Positions 23,516 to 34,631 of a stretch of DNA of 53,062 bases are shown one piece after another. The stretch spans positions 3,224,001 to 3,277,062 of the forward strand of contig JACSZZ010000005.1 of NCBI GenBank assembly GCA_018467035.1, in the 5' to 3' direction. The position numbers and the translations under genes are program-made. The notes beneath the pieces are model-generated. The model was not told where the DNA came from. It ran no database searches and saw only the letters and a list, made by a program, of their open reading frames with translations. Every line of letters starts with the position of its first letter. Within the stretch, counting starts at the first letter, position 1. This stretch comes from Scorias spongiosa. Lineage: Eukaryota.

Positions 23516-25051
23516 ATGTCTTTGGCACAAGCTGCCTGGAAGGTAGAGCAGGCAGTTGGGCATGGCGAGAATGCCACAACTGCTCAGGATGTAACCAATC
23601 CTGGCCTCGACCGAGAAAGATTTGGCGACAGTAGCGAACGGATGAAGGCGCTCGTATGGACGGGGAAAAATTCTGTGGAGATCAGTAAGTCTCCCCTCCA
23701 TTGCCTTTCGACAGTAATATAGTAGCTGACCATATTCTCAGTTGATTGCCCAAAGCCGAAAGTGCTTGAAGATCGCGATGTAATTGTCAAGGTGACTGGA
23801 AGTACAGTGTGCGGTAGCGATTTACATCTGCTCCATGGCACGATCATCGAGCTACAGAAAGGTGACATATTGGGTCATGAGTTCTGCGGCATTGTCGACT
23901 CCATGGGACCAACCGCAGAGGCTAATGGAAACCTCAAGGTGGGTGACCGGGTTGTAGCCTCGTTTCAGATCGCCTGCGGCGACTGCACATACTGCCATCA
24001 GAAACTATCAAGCCAGTGCACCAAGACGAACAGCAACACGATCGAGAATGCGATGTACGGTGGCCGAACAGCCGGCATGTTTGGTTATAGCCACTTCACC
24101 GGCGGGTTTGCTGGAGGACAGGCCGAATACACGCGTGTTCCTTACGGCGACGTGAATCTATTGAAATTGCCTGCCGACGTCCCAGACGAGAAGGGGCTCT
24201 ACCTCAGTGATGTGGTAAGCACCTCTTGGAACTGTGTAGTGGATACTGGGGTCAAGCAGGGAGACATCGTTGCCATCTGGGGGGCGGGCCCTATTGGACA
24301 GATGTGTGCCGACTTCAGTTTCCTCAATGGTGCCAGCAGGGTGATCATGATCGATGCTAACTGGAGGCTTGAATACGTGAAACGTATATACCCAAGGGTA
24401 GAGACGATCGACTTCAGCCAACTAAAGGGGGTGAAAGGGGGTGTTGTAGGCAAGCTCAAGGAAATCACGGATGGGCTCGGGCCTAACGTCTGCCTGGAAG
24501 CCGTGGCGGGCGAGTATCCCAAAGGATGGGCACATACGCTGGAGATGGCAATGGGGTTGGAAACTGACACCTCCGAGATTCTGAACGAAATGATTGAATC
24601 AGTACGGAACTACGGTCGCTGCGGTATCACTGGCGTGTATGTCGGGTATACCAACCACTTCAACATTGGTAGTCTCATGGGTGAGTGACAGCATGATGAA
24701 ACAAAGAGGCAAGAAATTCGCGAAGCTATTAACGCAAGTTATACAGAGAGAGGTATTCGATTCATCGGGAACGGACAGGCACCAGTCCACCTCTATTGGG
24801 AAGACCTACTTAAGAGGATCCAGAAAGGCGAGATTGATCCCTTGAAGATGGTCACCCATCGGGTTCGCATGGAAGACCTTGACAAAGTCTACTACAAGTT
24901 TGAGAAGAGGGAGGATGGCATGCAGGCACGTTGATACCAAACAGCTACTGTCTCGGTCAGATTGCTAATAGACATCCAACAGAAAGTCTTTGTCCAGACA
25001 AGATTCTCGGCGCCAGCCTGCGAGGGCAGTCCGGAGCTGACTACCTACTAA
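23516..25051 (+). CDS. Zn-dependent medium-chain dehydrogenase (formaldehyde-dehydrogenase-like MDR subgroup), 451 aa, 4 exons
   Basis: Exons 23516-23684, 23742-24680, 24747-24925 and 24983-25051. Motifs: CGSDLH, GHEFCG, structural Zn C-x2-C-x2-C-x7-C, LSD third ligand, Rossmann GAGPIG. The last intron needs a GC donor. Confidence 0.92.
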
Positions 25052-25500
25052 AGCGACACACGATACGCCTGTCGGGATGCCAAACTTGCATCGGAAACAA
25101 TGAAAAGACCGTACCGGTCAACGGATCTGCTCTGACATTGTCCGACGGCGTCGAAAATCGTCGAAGATGGGTTGGCGGAGGAGGCAATGGGTGGCTATGA
25201 ACGTCGTCATCATCATCGCGCTGATAGGCTGGAGACATATGGACGTACTTGGATCAGGTGGTGCTGCGGTGATGCTGTACCGCGGCGACGGCAATGTCAA
25301 AATAGGAATCTCGTCCTGTCCCACCTCATCAGCATCGCTGACTCTGTCGAGCTCTTCCCCATTGATTCAGGGAACGTACCCCCGGTATACCCCAGGTATA
25401 CCCCAGATATTCTCCAGTTGCCACCTCCAGCTTCTCCACACGACGTCTACCGAGGGCGAGAGCTGTATACTGTATCGAATACGCATACTCAAGTGATATA

Positions 25501-25560
25501 GTAGTCAAGTAGACGAGTAGAGTTGTAGAAGAGTAGACGAGTAAACTGGTAGATGGTAAA
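25501..25560. repeat. Degenerate 8-bp-period repeat (GTAGACGA-like, about 7 copies)
   Basis: gtagtcaa gtagacga gtagagtt gtagaaga gtagacga gtaaactg gtagatg gtaaa. Confidence 0.7.
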
Positions 25561-25625
25561 TACCTTCCCCCTCCCACTTCTCCTTCTCTTCCTTCCACTC
25601 TGTCTCGTCCTCAAACCTCTCCACT
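25561..25625 (+). promoter_or_regulatory. Pyrimidine-rich CT box, likely core promoter of the downstream small ORF
   Basis: Near-pure C/T tract (ccttcccctcccacttctccttctcttccttccactctgtctcgtcctc) about 80-150 nt upstream of ATG 25708. CT boxes commonly precede fungal transcription starts. Confidence 0.5.
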
Positions 25626-25707
25626 CCAAACTTCATCGACTGCAAGCCCACGAGGCAATCCGGACACAAACTTCTTCAATCAAGCTACTAGCTCAATATC
25701 TGTAACC

Positions 25708-25896
25708 ATGTTGGCATTCCGTGCCCCAACTCTGTACAACGGTGTCGCGGCCTACGCCACTGTCAGTGCACTTCTCGCCGTTGCCGTGGCTTTCAAGCTG
25801 CCCGTCCAGCACGGCACTGTCGGGCCATACAACTACCATCGTGCAGTCAAGGTTGGTCGACGATTCCCATGGCGTCGTCTTCCAAGGGCGCTCTAA
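25708..25896 (+). CDS. Candidate 62-aa small protein with one hydrophobic segment
   Basis: Good start context (aaccATG), C-ending codon bias, an upstream CT box and C/A-rich leader, and an AT-rich polyadenylation-like zone at ~26255-26290. Sequence: MLAFRAPTLYNGVAAYATVSALLAVAVAFKLPVQHGTVGPYNYHRAVKVGRRFPWRRLPRAL. Confidence 0.45.
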   Translation: MLAFRAPTLYNGVAAYATVSALLAVAVAFKLPVQHGTVGPYNYHRAVKVGRRFPWRRLPRAL

Positions 25897-26620
25897 GCGT
25901 CTTGCTCGCCCTATACCCTACCGGCGTGACTGCCGATTCGACGCTGGTCGACTCTCCAAGCATGTCAAATCATATTGTTCTGCGTCGACTGCATCGTGAA
26001 CCTGAATTCGTTCTGTTCTTGTACCACAGCAGACAGATCTTCACAATGCTTTTCCGAGCGTTCCAGTACCGATCTCGGCGTGCTGGCCTGATCACTGCAG
26101 CATGAACACTTGGCTACCCTACTGCTAGGGCCGACTTGAATCTTCAAATCGACAACGGACAGTCACGCCCTCACGACATACGAGGGCTGATGCTTTATCG
26201 CGTGGCATCATGGGCCTATGCCCTCTTTCATGAAACGTCCTTGGGTTCTGTATTGTATTTAGTTTAACAAAGTAAAACAGAAAATAAAACTCACCATTTC
26301 AGCAAATCGACTGTAAGCCATTCGTCTACATACAGGTTGTTGCGATTGCACATACCTGCCGTCATATATGCTACCAATGTGAACTGAACAATTAATGGTA
26401 GGTTGATACGAATCGAATTCATGCCACTGAAATCCAAGTGTTGAAGACCGCCGTAAACCGTGTGCTTGGTAAAGTATGAGGTCTTTAAATCGGTGAAAGA
26501 AACAGAAACTCGGAATGGACTTCCGCAGCAAAATATGAGATCGATGATACCCAGGAGGTGGACAGAAAAATACGGAACTTGAAATGGGCAAAAACCAGTA
26601 CCACAATAATCTTTGCATGT

Positions 26621-28066
26621 TCATCTCACAAGCTGAACACTCCCCTTGGGAGCGGCACTTGGTCCTGCCTCTGTCTGGCGCTCCGTCAGCATCCCAACAC
26701 CAGGACTAGTACCAAATATATTTCTCATTTCTCTGCAGGCTCGGAGGTAATGCTCTCTTACACCTGGTGTCGGTTTCCAAGGGTTCGGTGCTTTATCCCA
26801 CCCGTGTGGCACACCCGGGATGAGCTTGTAGTATACGTTTTTGTGGCACGTCTCCGTAAGACGCTTGCGGAATGCCTCACCCTCATCAAGGAGCATGTCC
26901 CATTCACAGGTGTGCATAATTATATCGTTTGGCAGAGCTTGAGTAAGTAGGTCGGTAGGAGCAACGCCCGGAGAGAGGTATGGAGAATCGAGGCTGACTT
27001 TCTGTGGGGGGTGCAGATAGGATTCGTCGAATAGATCAGTGAACAATGATGGCAATTCTTGGTCCTTGCGCACACACGTTGCCCTTCGCTGCTCTCGCGT
27101 TCGTGTGTAGTCGATGGACGGATACCATGGCACAAGACATCGTATCTTGACGTCGCCTAACTGTTTTCTCCGGTCGCCTGATACAGACACAACGCTCGTC
27201 AAAGCGCCTGCCTTGTTACTTCCAGGGGTTCTAGAGGATGATGGAACGTCAGAGACAAGCGCATGCGTCGAAGCAGTGCCCGGACCAGGCCCAACTTCAG
27301 TCTCTTGCGATCCAGTAGCGGGGCGAGAGGTGTCGTCATGGTAAGCTTCAGCATCAAGGTCTTCGTCCATGTCGCTCCGTCTGTAGCCCGTGAGCTCATC
27401 ATACAGCATCAGAGATACGGTGAACGCCATGTTTCCACCGCTGCTGAAACCACTGAGCGCGATGTTGTCTCTGTTGATCCCCAACTCCTCGGCATGTTTA
27501 TGTACCCACAACACGGCATCGACGCCGTCTTCGACCGCAGTCGGGAAAGGATGCTCGGGTGCTAGCCTGTAATCGACGCTGATCACGACAGCATGGCACT
27601 CGGTCACTACGGTGCCGCACCATCTCGCATCATCAGTCGCAGTGCCTAGTGTAAAACCACCGCCGTGGAAGTTTATGACAACTGGATAATTTCCCCAACG
27701 TCGGCCGCTGCTGCTCCTACGCCTAATATGGTCACCTATCTCGCGGACCTTATTACGGCCACGCTCGACCAGACTGCCGGCTCTTTCAATACCGTCGAAC
27801 GCTCCATCTTCAGCATCAAATCCAGGCTTGTTCGCATATAGCACCTTTTGTGACTCGTAACTGTGCGGAACGTAGAAGTGTAGGGTTATGATCCCAGGCT
27901 TGCCAGATATGGTGGATGGGATCTGCTGAGTCCATGCGGCATGGGGCGGCCTCGGTGGTGCAAGGCGGTGCAGGAGCATGCCTATGCTCATCAAGCTGCG
28001 CCAGAACTGCGCTTGGAAATGCAGGATCCATCTAGCTCGCGGGAGCTTCGGAGGTGTGAAACCCAT
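26621..28066 (-). CDS. Alpha/beta hydrolase, hormone-sensitive-lipase (abhydrolase_3) family esterase (481 aa)
   Basis: Oxyanion motif HGGGF, VDYRLAPEHPFP, nucleophile elbow GFSSGG, catalytic Asp (EWDML) and His (VPHGW). Confidence 0.92.
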   Translation of the reverse strand: MGFTPPKLPRARWILHFQAQFWRSLMSIGMLLHRLAPPRPPHAAWTQQIPSTISGKPGIITLHFYVPHSYESQKVLYANKPGFDAEDGAFDGIERAGSLVERGRNKVREIGDHIRRRSSSGRRWGNYPVVINFHGGGFTLGTATDDARWCGTVVTECHAVVISVDYRLAPEHPFPTAVEDGVDAVLWVHKHAEELGINRDNIALSGFSSGGNMAFTVSLMLYDELTGYRRSDMDEDLDAEAYHDDTSRPATGSQETEVGPGPGTASTHALVSDVPSSSRTPGSNKAGALTSVVSVSGDRRKQLGDVKIRCLVPWYPSIDYTRTREQRRATCVRKDQELPSLFTDLFDESYLHPPQKVSLDSPYLSPGVAPTDLLTQALPNDIIMHTCEWDMLLDEGEAFRKRLTETCHKNVYYKLIPGVPHGWDKAPNPWKPTPGVREHYLRACREMRNIFGTSPGVGMLTERQTEAGPSAAPKGSVQLVR

Positions 28067-29526
28067 CGTGGTTATTCAAAGGTAGCTTCTTCTTTCACGA
28101 TTCGGCTCAAGCGCTCATTCGGTACGGTATTTTCGAGTCTGTCGACAATGATGAGGATAGATCCACAGAGCCGGGCGACTAGAGATCTGGTGTTCAGGGA
28201 GAGAAGATCCAATTCCTGAGGGGTGGAATCGGAAAGAGAAGAATGCAATGCTACCAAGGCAAGAGGCACGCAATCAGTCTGTCCTGTCGCGGCAAAAATG
28301 ACTTGTCTTCCTACCCGCGGTAGTTCATAAGGTTTCGCAGGTCAAAGTCGATACAGAAGGAGAGATAGACTCTGGGATGTACGATCAGAACGTTCATAGC
28401 ACCAGACACCAGGTATGCAATGATAGGAGCTTTTTCTCAGCCACGCTCACAAGACGGCTCGAGTAAAAATAAGGTAGATGGGTATAGTAGGCAAGTAACC
28501 GGGCTTGGTAGATAGATAGATACGAGCTGGAGTGCTGAGGTTCAGGCGGGTGCTTCCCTATGGTGTATGACGTCACTGACAGCACCCCCATGGGTGTTCG
28601 TTTCTTATTACCTACCTAGACGGGGAAGTAGGAAGTCTGATCAACTGATCATGATGGGCTCAGAACATGAGCGTCTTGTAGGCATGGGTGTCAGTGAAGG
28701 TATTCATTGTGATTGGCTTGGTGAGCCATATGCAACGACCGTAGAGCTGTTTTGCCTCGTCATGGGGCCTATTCGTAAACATATGCTGCTGGCAAGAAGA
28801 CCTTTTGGTCTGTTGCGTACCATAGTCCTCGACGGTATCAAAATTCAACGGGCAATATAGAACGTTGCAGTCGACTACCAAAACGGCTGCATGCTTCAGT
28901 AGGATAGCCTCTGAACATCACTCGTACGCCAACATTACCAGCTGACATTTTTCGACGTTTCAAGACGAAAGCCCATTCATTTGTGGTCGATTCAGTCGAT
29001 CGACCTTAAAAAAGGCGAATGGACGCCAGACGCTCAGATTACACCTCGCTTGCCATAGCCGTGCGCAGACTAACAGACCCGTTGTACATCAACACAGTGT
29101 TCTTGAAATCAACGAGCTAAGCGTTGTAAGAGCTATCGAGCTTCGCAAGGCTATTTTATCATTGGGCAACTCGTTTCGATAGTTATTTCGGTGAGAGTTG
29201 CGATGCGCTTGAACATCATTGTACACTGGTTCTCGAAACCATAAACTCGAAATTTTACAGCTCCACCATCGGTATCCCTCTAATAATACATTGTTTGCTG
29301 AGCCTGTAGCTAAGTTGTCTTTCGAGACTTTCGGTCGACGCTACATCCTTGCTAGAATGACTAGCCGATTGAATGAGACCGGAGTATCGTACTTTCTACC
29401 TCTTTGAAGGTGTCGTGCTGGTGGAGTCGCGAGGCGTTCGCAGTACTGTACGTCGCATATTCGCAAAAGCTTCCGAAGCTTGTCCGGAACCGCAAGCAGG
29501 AACGACAGGCAACCGCCGTGATATCC

Positions 29527-29804
29527 TTAAAGCCTAGGTTAGGGGAGAGCAAATCAGTTTCAATTCCATCGCGCAGGGCGCATGTGATACAGATGAAGAC
29601 ATTGCGGCCAGGTAAAACTTACGGAGGAATCAAGAACTCGCTCCAGCTACTGTGTAGGAATGTGACGGCACCAGCAAAGAACGCAATAGCGGTCACCACA
29701 GTGCGGTTCTCAGGGCTCGTCAGCTCACTGATGGCGTTGCGGGCGAAGCCACCGCGGCCAGCCTGAGGGCCACCGAGCGCAATTCCACGACCCTTTGCTG
29801 GCAT
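29527..29804 (-). CDS. TOM6: Mitochondrial outer-membrane translocase small subunit Tom6 (62 aa, 2 exons)
   Basis: MPAKGRG...ELTSPENRTVVTAIAFFAGAVTFLHSSWSEFLIPP matches the filamentous-fungal Tom6 pattern (LTS.EN..VV..IAFF..AV.FL.SSW.E.L). Exons 29804-29623 and 29533-29527; intron GTAAGT...CCTAAC.CTAG. Confidence 0.88.
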
Positions 29805-30685
29805 TTCGATATGTTGTTGGGCGTTTCTTTTGGATTGCTGATTCGGAAAGTCGCACGATGATGGCAATGGATGTGAATTGAATGGGTGTCGTTGCTGATG
29901 TCGAATTGTCTTCAGTACCAACGGCCAGGTTCTAACATTTGAAGCTTGAAGGGGGTTCGGAAAGTTTTGTATGGCGGCAGGTCTGCCGAGAACGTGCCTG
30001 CCTGTATTAGCTACAGTTCTCCTGCCACCGTTCCAGATAGGTAGGTGCACATATCTGACATCCCGTGAACTCAAACATGCAGCAATGTGAAGATCTTGAA
30101 CAATCAATCTCCACAATACTCAACACGGCATGATTGATGCACATAATGACCAGAATTTCCTGCACGTGTCTGCAACCCAGCTTGTGAAGCCAACTGGAGA
30201 ACACCCATAAATTTACCATTCATATTTGGATTCCGCTTTCTCCTCGCAGCATCCATCCTTGGCGATACTACACATATGTAGAGAAGGCGACCGCGTGATC
30301 TAAGAGGTATTCATACATAGAACATCCTTTTCATTTCAATACCTGTTCATAATTGAGAAGTTCTCCACTGTTTGCTCAGTGACTTGCATGTCTAGTTCTT
30401 GCACAAGTTCGATGACCATCGTCCTGCTACAGGCTACTTGGTCAGTCGCGATGTGTCGCTGGGTTGCTTCTAGTGCCGGCGTTTGAGAAGCAGATGGTGC
30501 CCCAGATCAGACAAATAGCTCTTGTGTAAACACCCAAACTCCGCGCTATTGGCATTGCTCTTGTTTCGAGCAGCAGTTTTTTAAGATGGTGCAGGACCAT
30601 TCATAAGTAGGCCCCAATTTCCGCGCCTCCATAGGACCGCTTTTCCCTCTTTTCCCGACCGCCTCTCGCCAACTGTCCGCATTAT

Positions 30686-31007
30686 TTATCGTCCACCTCG
30701 CTGTTGGCGGAGAATATCCCTCTCAGCTGGGTTATATCTAAGTAGCTTTTCGATGAGGTCGACGTGGGTGAGCATCATGCGGCGACAGCAGTAGCGGTTC
30801 AGACCGATTTTATCCATCGCATCGCCTTCTGCTTGGCCTGCTCTGGGGTTCTCTGCGTTGTTCTGGTCTGAGATCAATTGCATGTATTTCTCGTATAGGT
30901 CGGCGATGACCTGTCAACGAATATCAGTATGTCAGTTGCAAAAGAGTATGTCTTGGGCGGAGGTTACGAACCTTTCCGCAGGAGAAACAGCGGATGGGGA
31001 TGATCAT
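30686..31007 (-). CDS. RPB10: DNA-directed RNA polymerases I/II/III subunit Rpb10 (86 aa, 2 exons)
   Basis: Exons 31007-30972 ([12 protein letters not shown]) and 30910-30686 (...[23 protein letters not shown]). Invariant CxxC...CC zinc ligands present. Confidence 0.97.
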
Positions 31008-31317
31008 GATGTGTGAGTGAGCAAGGATTGAAAAGGTGGATGTAAAGTTGTGGAGCAAGAAGTCTGTGACAAGTAGTTTGTCCTGTAATTGTTCTGGTAT
31101 GTTAGTCCAGCGGTGCACTGATAGATTCCAGTTCTTGAGAAGCCATAATTGAAAGCCACCGGAAGTCGCAAAAGCTCAAAGGGAGTAGGCGGTGAAGCAT
31201 GGCAGAAAAAGTTCAAACTTTGCTGTAGCTAAGCCGCCGGATCTGTGCAACAGTATACCAACAGTCCTAACTCGCTTCCAATTTGCAGTCATTTCCAGTC
31301 TTCAAAATTCTGCCACA

Positions 31318-34300
31318 ATGGCTTCCAACGAAAGGAAACGTAAATCAGATGAGGCGGCAGCGGCAACGTCTGCCTCTCAGAAAAAACAGAAAAAAATCAC
31401 GTCGGACAAAAAGTCAGCTTCCTTACCGAGCGACACAAGCGCTTCGCAGAGACCACATTCCCCACAACCTGCCATTGTGCCTACGCCAGCTGAGGACGAA
31501 CCAGAAGACACATCTCTTCAGACCAAGCATAAGAGAAGGAGAAGGCAAAAGAGGCATGGCCAGAAATCGCTCGAAGTTGAATTGCCAGAAGCTCGTGCCG
31601 AAGATTCGAATTCGCCAGGGCACGATACTGCAACTAGCAGTGTACCGCACACCAAAAAAGAAGCTACACATGGCTCAACAGACATTCAGCACGCTAAACA
31701 GAACCCATCTAAAGCAAATGGCAATGAAGTTTCGCTTGGATTGGAACATAGAGGAGCTGCAGGAGGCAAGGCAAGCCTAGAGCTAAATGCGGGCAAGCTG
31801 ACCAAGTCTCAGCGAAGACTATTGAAGTCGGGTCAAATTGGTCTTGTCAGTGAAGAATCTTCGGCTACAGGTTTTCGCATGGGAAAGCCATGGTCACTCT
31901 CACCACCGTCTGGCGGAAGACTTCTCACTCACGACCCCATATTTGTCCGCGATGCCAATGGGCTGGAATACATCGTGGTGTCAAATCGGCGCTCGTTACA
32001 GGTCTGGAATACTTCTGAATCTGTCTTGGTGCATTCCTTGACACCTCCCACTGGGCGTGTTGTCCGTTCCTTCGTAAATTCATTAGATGATTGGCGCATT
32101 CTCTATGTCGGTCTGGACGACTCCACCACAATTGTCTGGAATTGGGCAACGACAGAAGTAGTACAGACCCAGCGATTTGGAGGCGGATTTCACAAGAACC
32201 GCGAAATATACGACATGACCATCGCTAGCTCTGGCAACGGTGAGTCAATCTTCCGGCTTGACCGCAAAGGTCAACAGTTTGCGATTTCCGCACCACCCAA
32301 GGATCTGCATCACACGACACGGCACATTACAGACTTGCAGGTCTTCCAAGATGCGTCGTACATTCTCGCTACTGGACCCAACACCATCTTGGTCGGACGC
32401 CAACAGACAATGCCTAGCTCCCAACCCGCGGAGTATGATTGGGTAGAGTATCCTATTCATGGCAAACAATACACTACTTGCGCGCATGCATTCCTATCCA
32501 CATCGACAGGAAAGAAAGGAGCTCAAATAACTCGCATATCTCTCGCTATGGGAACATCTGAAGGCCAAATTCACATTTACGATGATGTCACAACTTTGTT
32601 TCAAAAACCTGCCCTGCCGTCTCCTAGGGTAATGCACTGGCATCGTTCTGCAGTCTCATCCGTAAAGTTTTCACCGGATGGCAACTATCTCATCTCAGGA
32701 GGCAGAGAGACAGTACTTGTTCTTTGGCAGCTGCAAACCGGCAAACAGCAGTTCTTACCCCATTTGACCAGCGAGATCGAGCGCATTGCGCTGAACCGAA
32801 ACGGCGATAGGTATGCCCTTCAGATGGGTGATAACAGTGTTGTGATTTTGAGCACTGCTGAGTTGAAGGCTGTTTCGGCATTCGGTGGATTGCAAATGGC
32901 GGTTCCGGCCGTCGCTCCTTCCACAGATAAGAAACTGACGCTTCCTCTTTGGATGCCGGAAAACCCTACAGCTGTCTTGAATCCTCGAAATGGTAACGAG
33001 CTCCTCTTGTCCGTGCCAGCTTCACAGCCGAAGTCTCTCAGCGACATCGCCACCAGAACGTTCCTGCAAACCTATGATCTTTACACCGATAGGCATCTTG
33101 CACGCCAGGCGCTCACTCGCAACAATGTAACAGATTTCAATGTCGGCCCAGGCATGAATCCCGTGGTGCCACCAGACGTCAACATGCTTGCTATCTCCCA
33201 TGATGGCAATTGGCTTGCAACGGTTGATGAATGGACACCTCCTCCTCCAGACGTTGCATACCTAGCTTCCGGCGAAAATGATTGCTTCGCAGAAGTGGAG
33301 GCAAGGAGAGAAGTGAATTTCAAGATTTGGAGCCGGGCCGCAGAGCAACAAGATTCTAGCTGGCAGCTGGAATTTCGAATGGGAAGTCCCCACGGTGGAA
33401 GCCCCACTGGATCAGGTGCTAGCCGTGTACTGAGCCTGGTGGCAAACCCAGCCGGGTCAGGCTTCATGACAGCGGGCGATGACGGTTCGATTAAGATATG
33501 GTCGCCCAAGTCAAGAAGAACGCACAATGGCGAAAAGGTGGTTGAATGGCGATGCCTCAAAGACCTTGTACTAGAAAAGCCAATCGACCAGGAAGACGTG
33601 ATCCGCGCGGATTCCCCAATGGAATTTGGAATTCCTGAATCGAGACCCGATCGAGCTTGTGTTGCCTGGTCTCCCGATGGGTCTATGCTAGCCGTTGCTT
33701 TCGGCTACGAAGACAGCAACCTGGTGCAGACGGTGCACTTTGTCAATACAGTTGACGGCCAGATCTGTACCAAATCTGGGCTTGTCGGAGATCATTCTCT
33801 GGTCGCGCTAGCGATCTTGAACCAAACACTCATTGTTGTCACGCAGTACGACGTGACTCTCTGGAATCTGGTGCGATACACTCTTTCGCACAGGCATGTT
33901 CACTCTACCAGTCCGAGAGACTCTGTACTTGCCGTTGACCAAGCTACTGGTACCTTTGTGTTGGGTTTCACAACGGAAGAGGACCAGAAGTCATTGATTG
34001 ATGTTCGTGATGGCAAATCGGGCGTCCTGATCAACCGAATAGCAGTGGAGACCCCAATATCAAGCGTTCTCGCTCCTGCAGCTGGTAGTAGAAGCTTTTT
34101 GGTGCTCTTCGCGGACGCAACAAGCAGAAAGCTTCTTCAACGAGCCAGTGACAACGGTGAATTCTCGTTGTCAAGGCAATCCAACGACGACGTTGACTCT
34201 GACAAAGCCGAGGCACTTGAGAGCGATTTAGTGATGCAAGGGAGACGAGATGGTGCAACCACCTCAGGACTACCAGACGAATTCAAAAGGTATCCTGCTC

Positions 34301-34446
34301 AGGCTCTCTCGCCTTCCGACAGTATTGGTGAAGAACGGCCAGTGGTACGCTCGGAACAGCTTGCAGCAGTGTTCGACGCGCCTGCTCCTCTGAGAGCCAT
34401 GTTCTCTGCCATCGTTGACCTGTATTCTGCCAAGACAGAATCGTAA
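31318..34446 (+). CDS. UTP17: WD40 U3 snoRNP / SSU processome t-UTP subunit Utp17/Nan1 (WDR75), 1042 aa
   Basis: Lys/Arg-rich nucleolar-type N-terminus. Signature HWHRSAVSSVKFSPDGNYLISGGRETVLVLWQLQTGKQQFLPHL, plus WLATVDEW. The track start at 31192 is GTG; the first ATG in good context is at 31318. Confidence 0.88.
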   Translation: MASNERKRKSDEAAAATSASQKKQKKITSDKKSASLPSDTSASQRPHSPQPAIVPTPAEDEPEDTSLQTKHKRRRRQKRHGQKSLEVELPEARAEDSNSPGHDTATSSVPHTKKEATHGSTDIQHAKQNPSKANGNEVSLGLEHRGAAGGKASLELNAGKLTKSQRRLLKSGQIGLVSEESSATGFRMGKPWSLSPPSGGRLLTHDPIFVRDANGLEYIVVSNRRSLQVWNTSESVLVHSLTPPTGRVVRSFVNSLDDWRILYVGLDDSTTIVWNWATTEVVQTQRFGGGFHKNREIYDMTIASSGNGESIFRLDRKGQQFAISAPPKDLHHTTRHITDLQVFQDASYILATGPNTILVGRQQTMPSSQPAEYDWVEYPIHGKQYTTCAHAFLSTSTGKKGAQITRISLAMGTSEGQIHIYDDVTTLFQKPALPSPRVMHWHRSAVSSVKFSPDGNYLISGGRETVLVLWQLQTGKQQFLPHLTSEIERIALNRNGDRYALQMGDNSVVILSTAELKAVSAFGGLQMAVPAVAPSTDKKLTLPLWMPENPTAVLNPRNGNELLLSVPASQPKSLSDIATRTFLQTYDLYTDRHLARQALTRNNVTDFNVGPGMNPVVPPDVNMLAISHDGNWLATVDEWTPPPPDVAYLASGENDCFAEVEARREVNFKIWSRAAEQQDSSWQLEFRMGSPHGGSPTGSGASRVLSLVANPAGSGFMTAGDDGSIKIWSPKSRRTHNGEKVVEWRCLKDLVLEKPIDQEDVIRADSPMEFGIPESRPDRACVAWSPDGSMLAVAFGYEDSNLVQTVHFVNTVDGQICTKSGLVGDHSLVALAILNQTLIVVTQYDVTLWNLVRYTLSHRHVHSTSPRDSVLAVDQATGTFVLGFTTEEDQKSLIDVRDGKSGVLINRIAVETPISSVLAPAAGSRSFLVLFADATSRKLLQRASDNGEFSLSRQSNDDVDSDKAEALESDLVMQGRRDGATTSGLPDEFKRYPAQALSPSDSIGEERPVVRSEQLAAVFDAPAPLRAMFSAIVDLYSAKTES

Positions 34447-34631
34447 TGTTGGGATAGAAAGATGGAATGATGGACCACGTTGTACCCTTATGATACAATC
34501 CAGTCGTGATATTGTACATAACTTACGTCTATACTTATACTGGGTGTGACAGCTCTTCAGATACACAACTCTATTTGAAACACATCTAAAAAGACCCATT
34601 GTCGCATTTAGAAAGTTGAGCGATGGCTGTT

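Noticed and set aside
29805..30116. N-terminal ~100 aa of the 165-aa track ORF 29619..30116
   Set aside because: Only the last ~61 codons match Tom6. The ATG at 29804 has good context, and the upstream open frame is leader or promoter.
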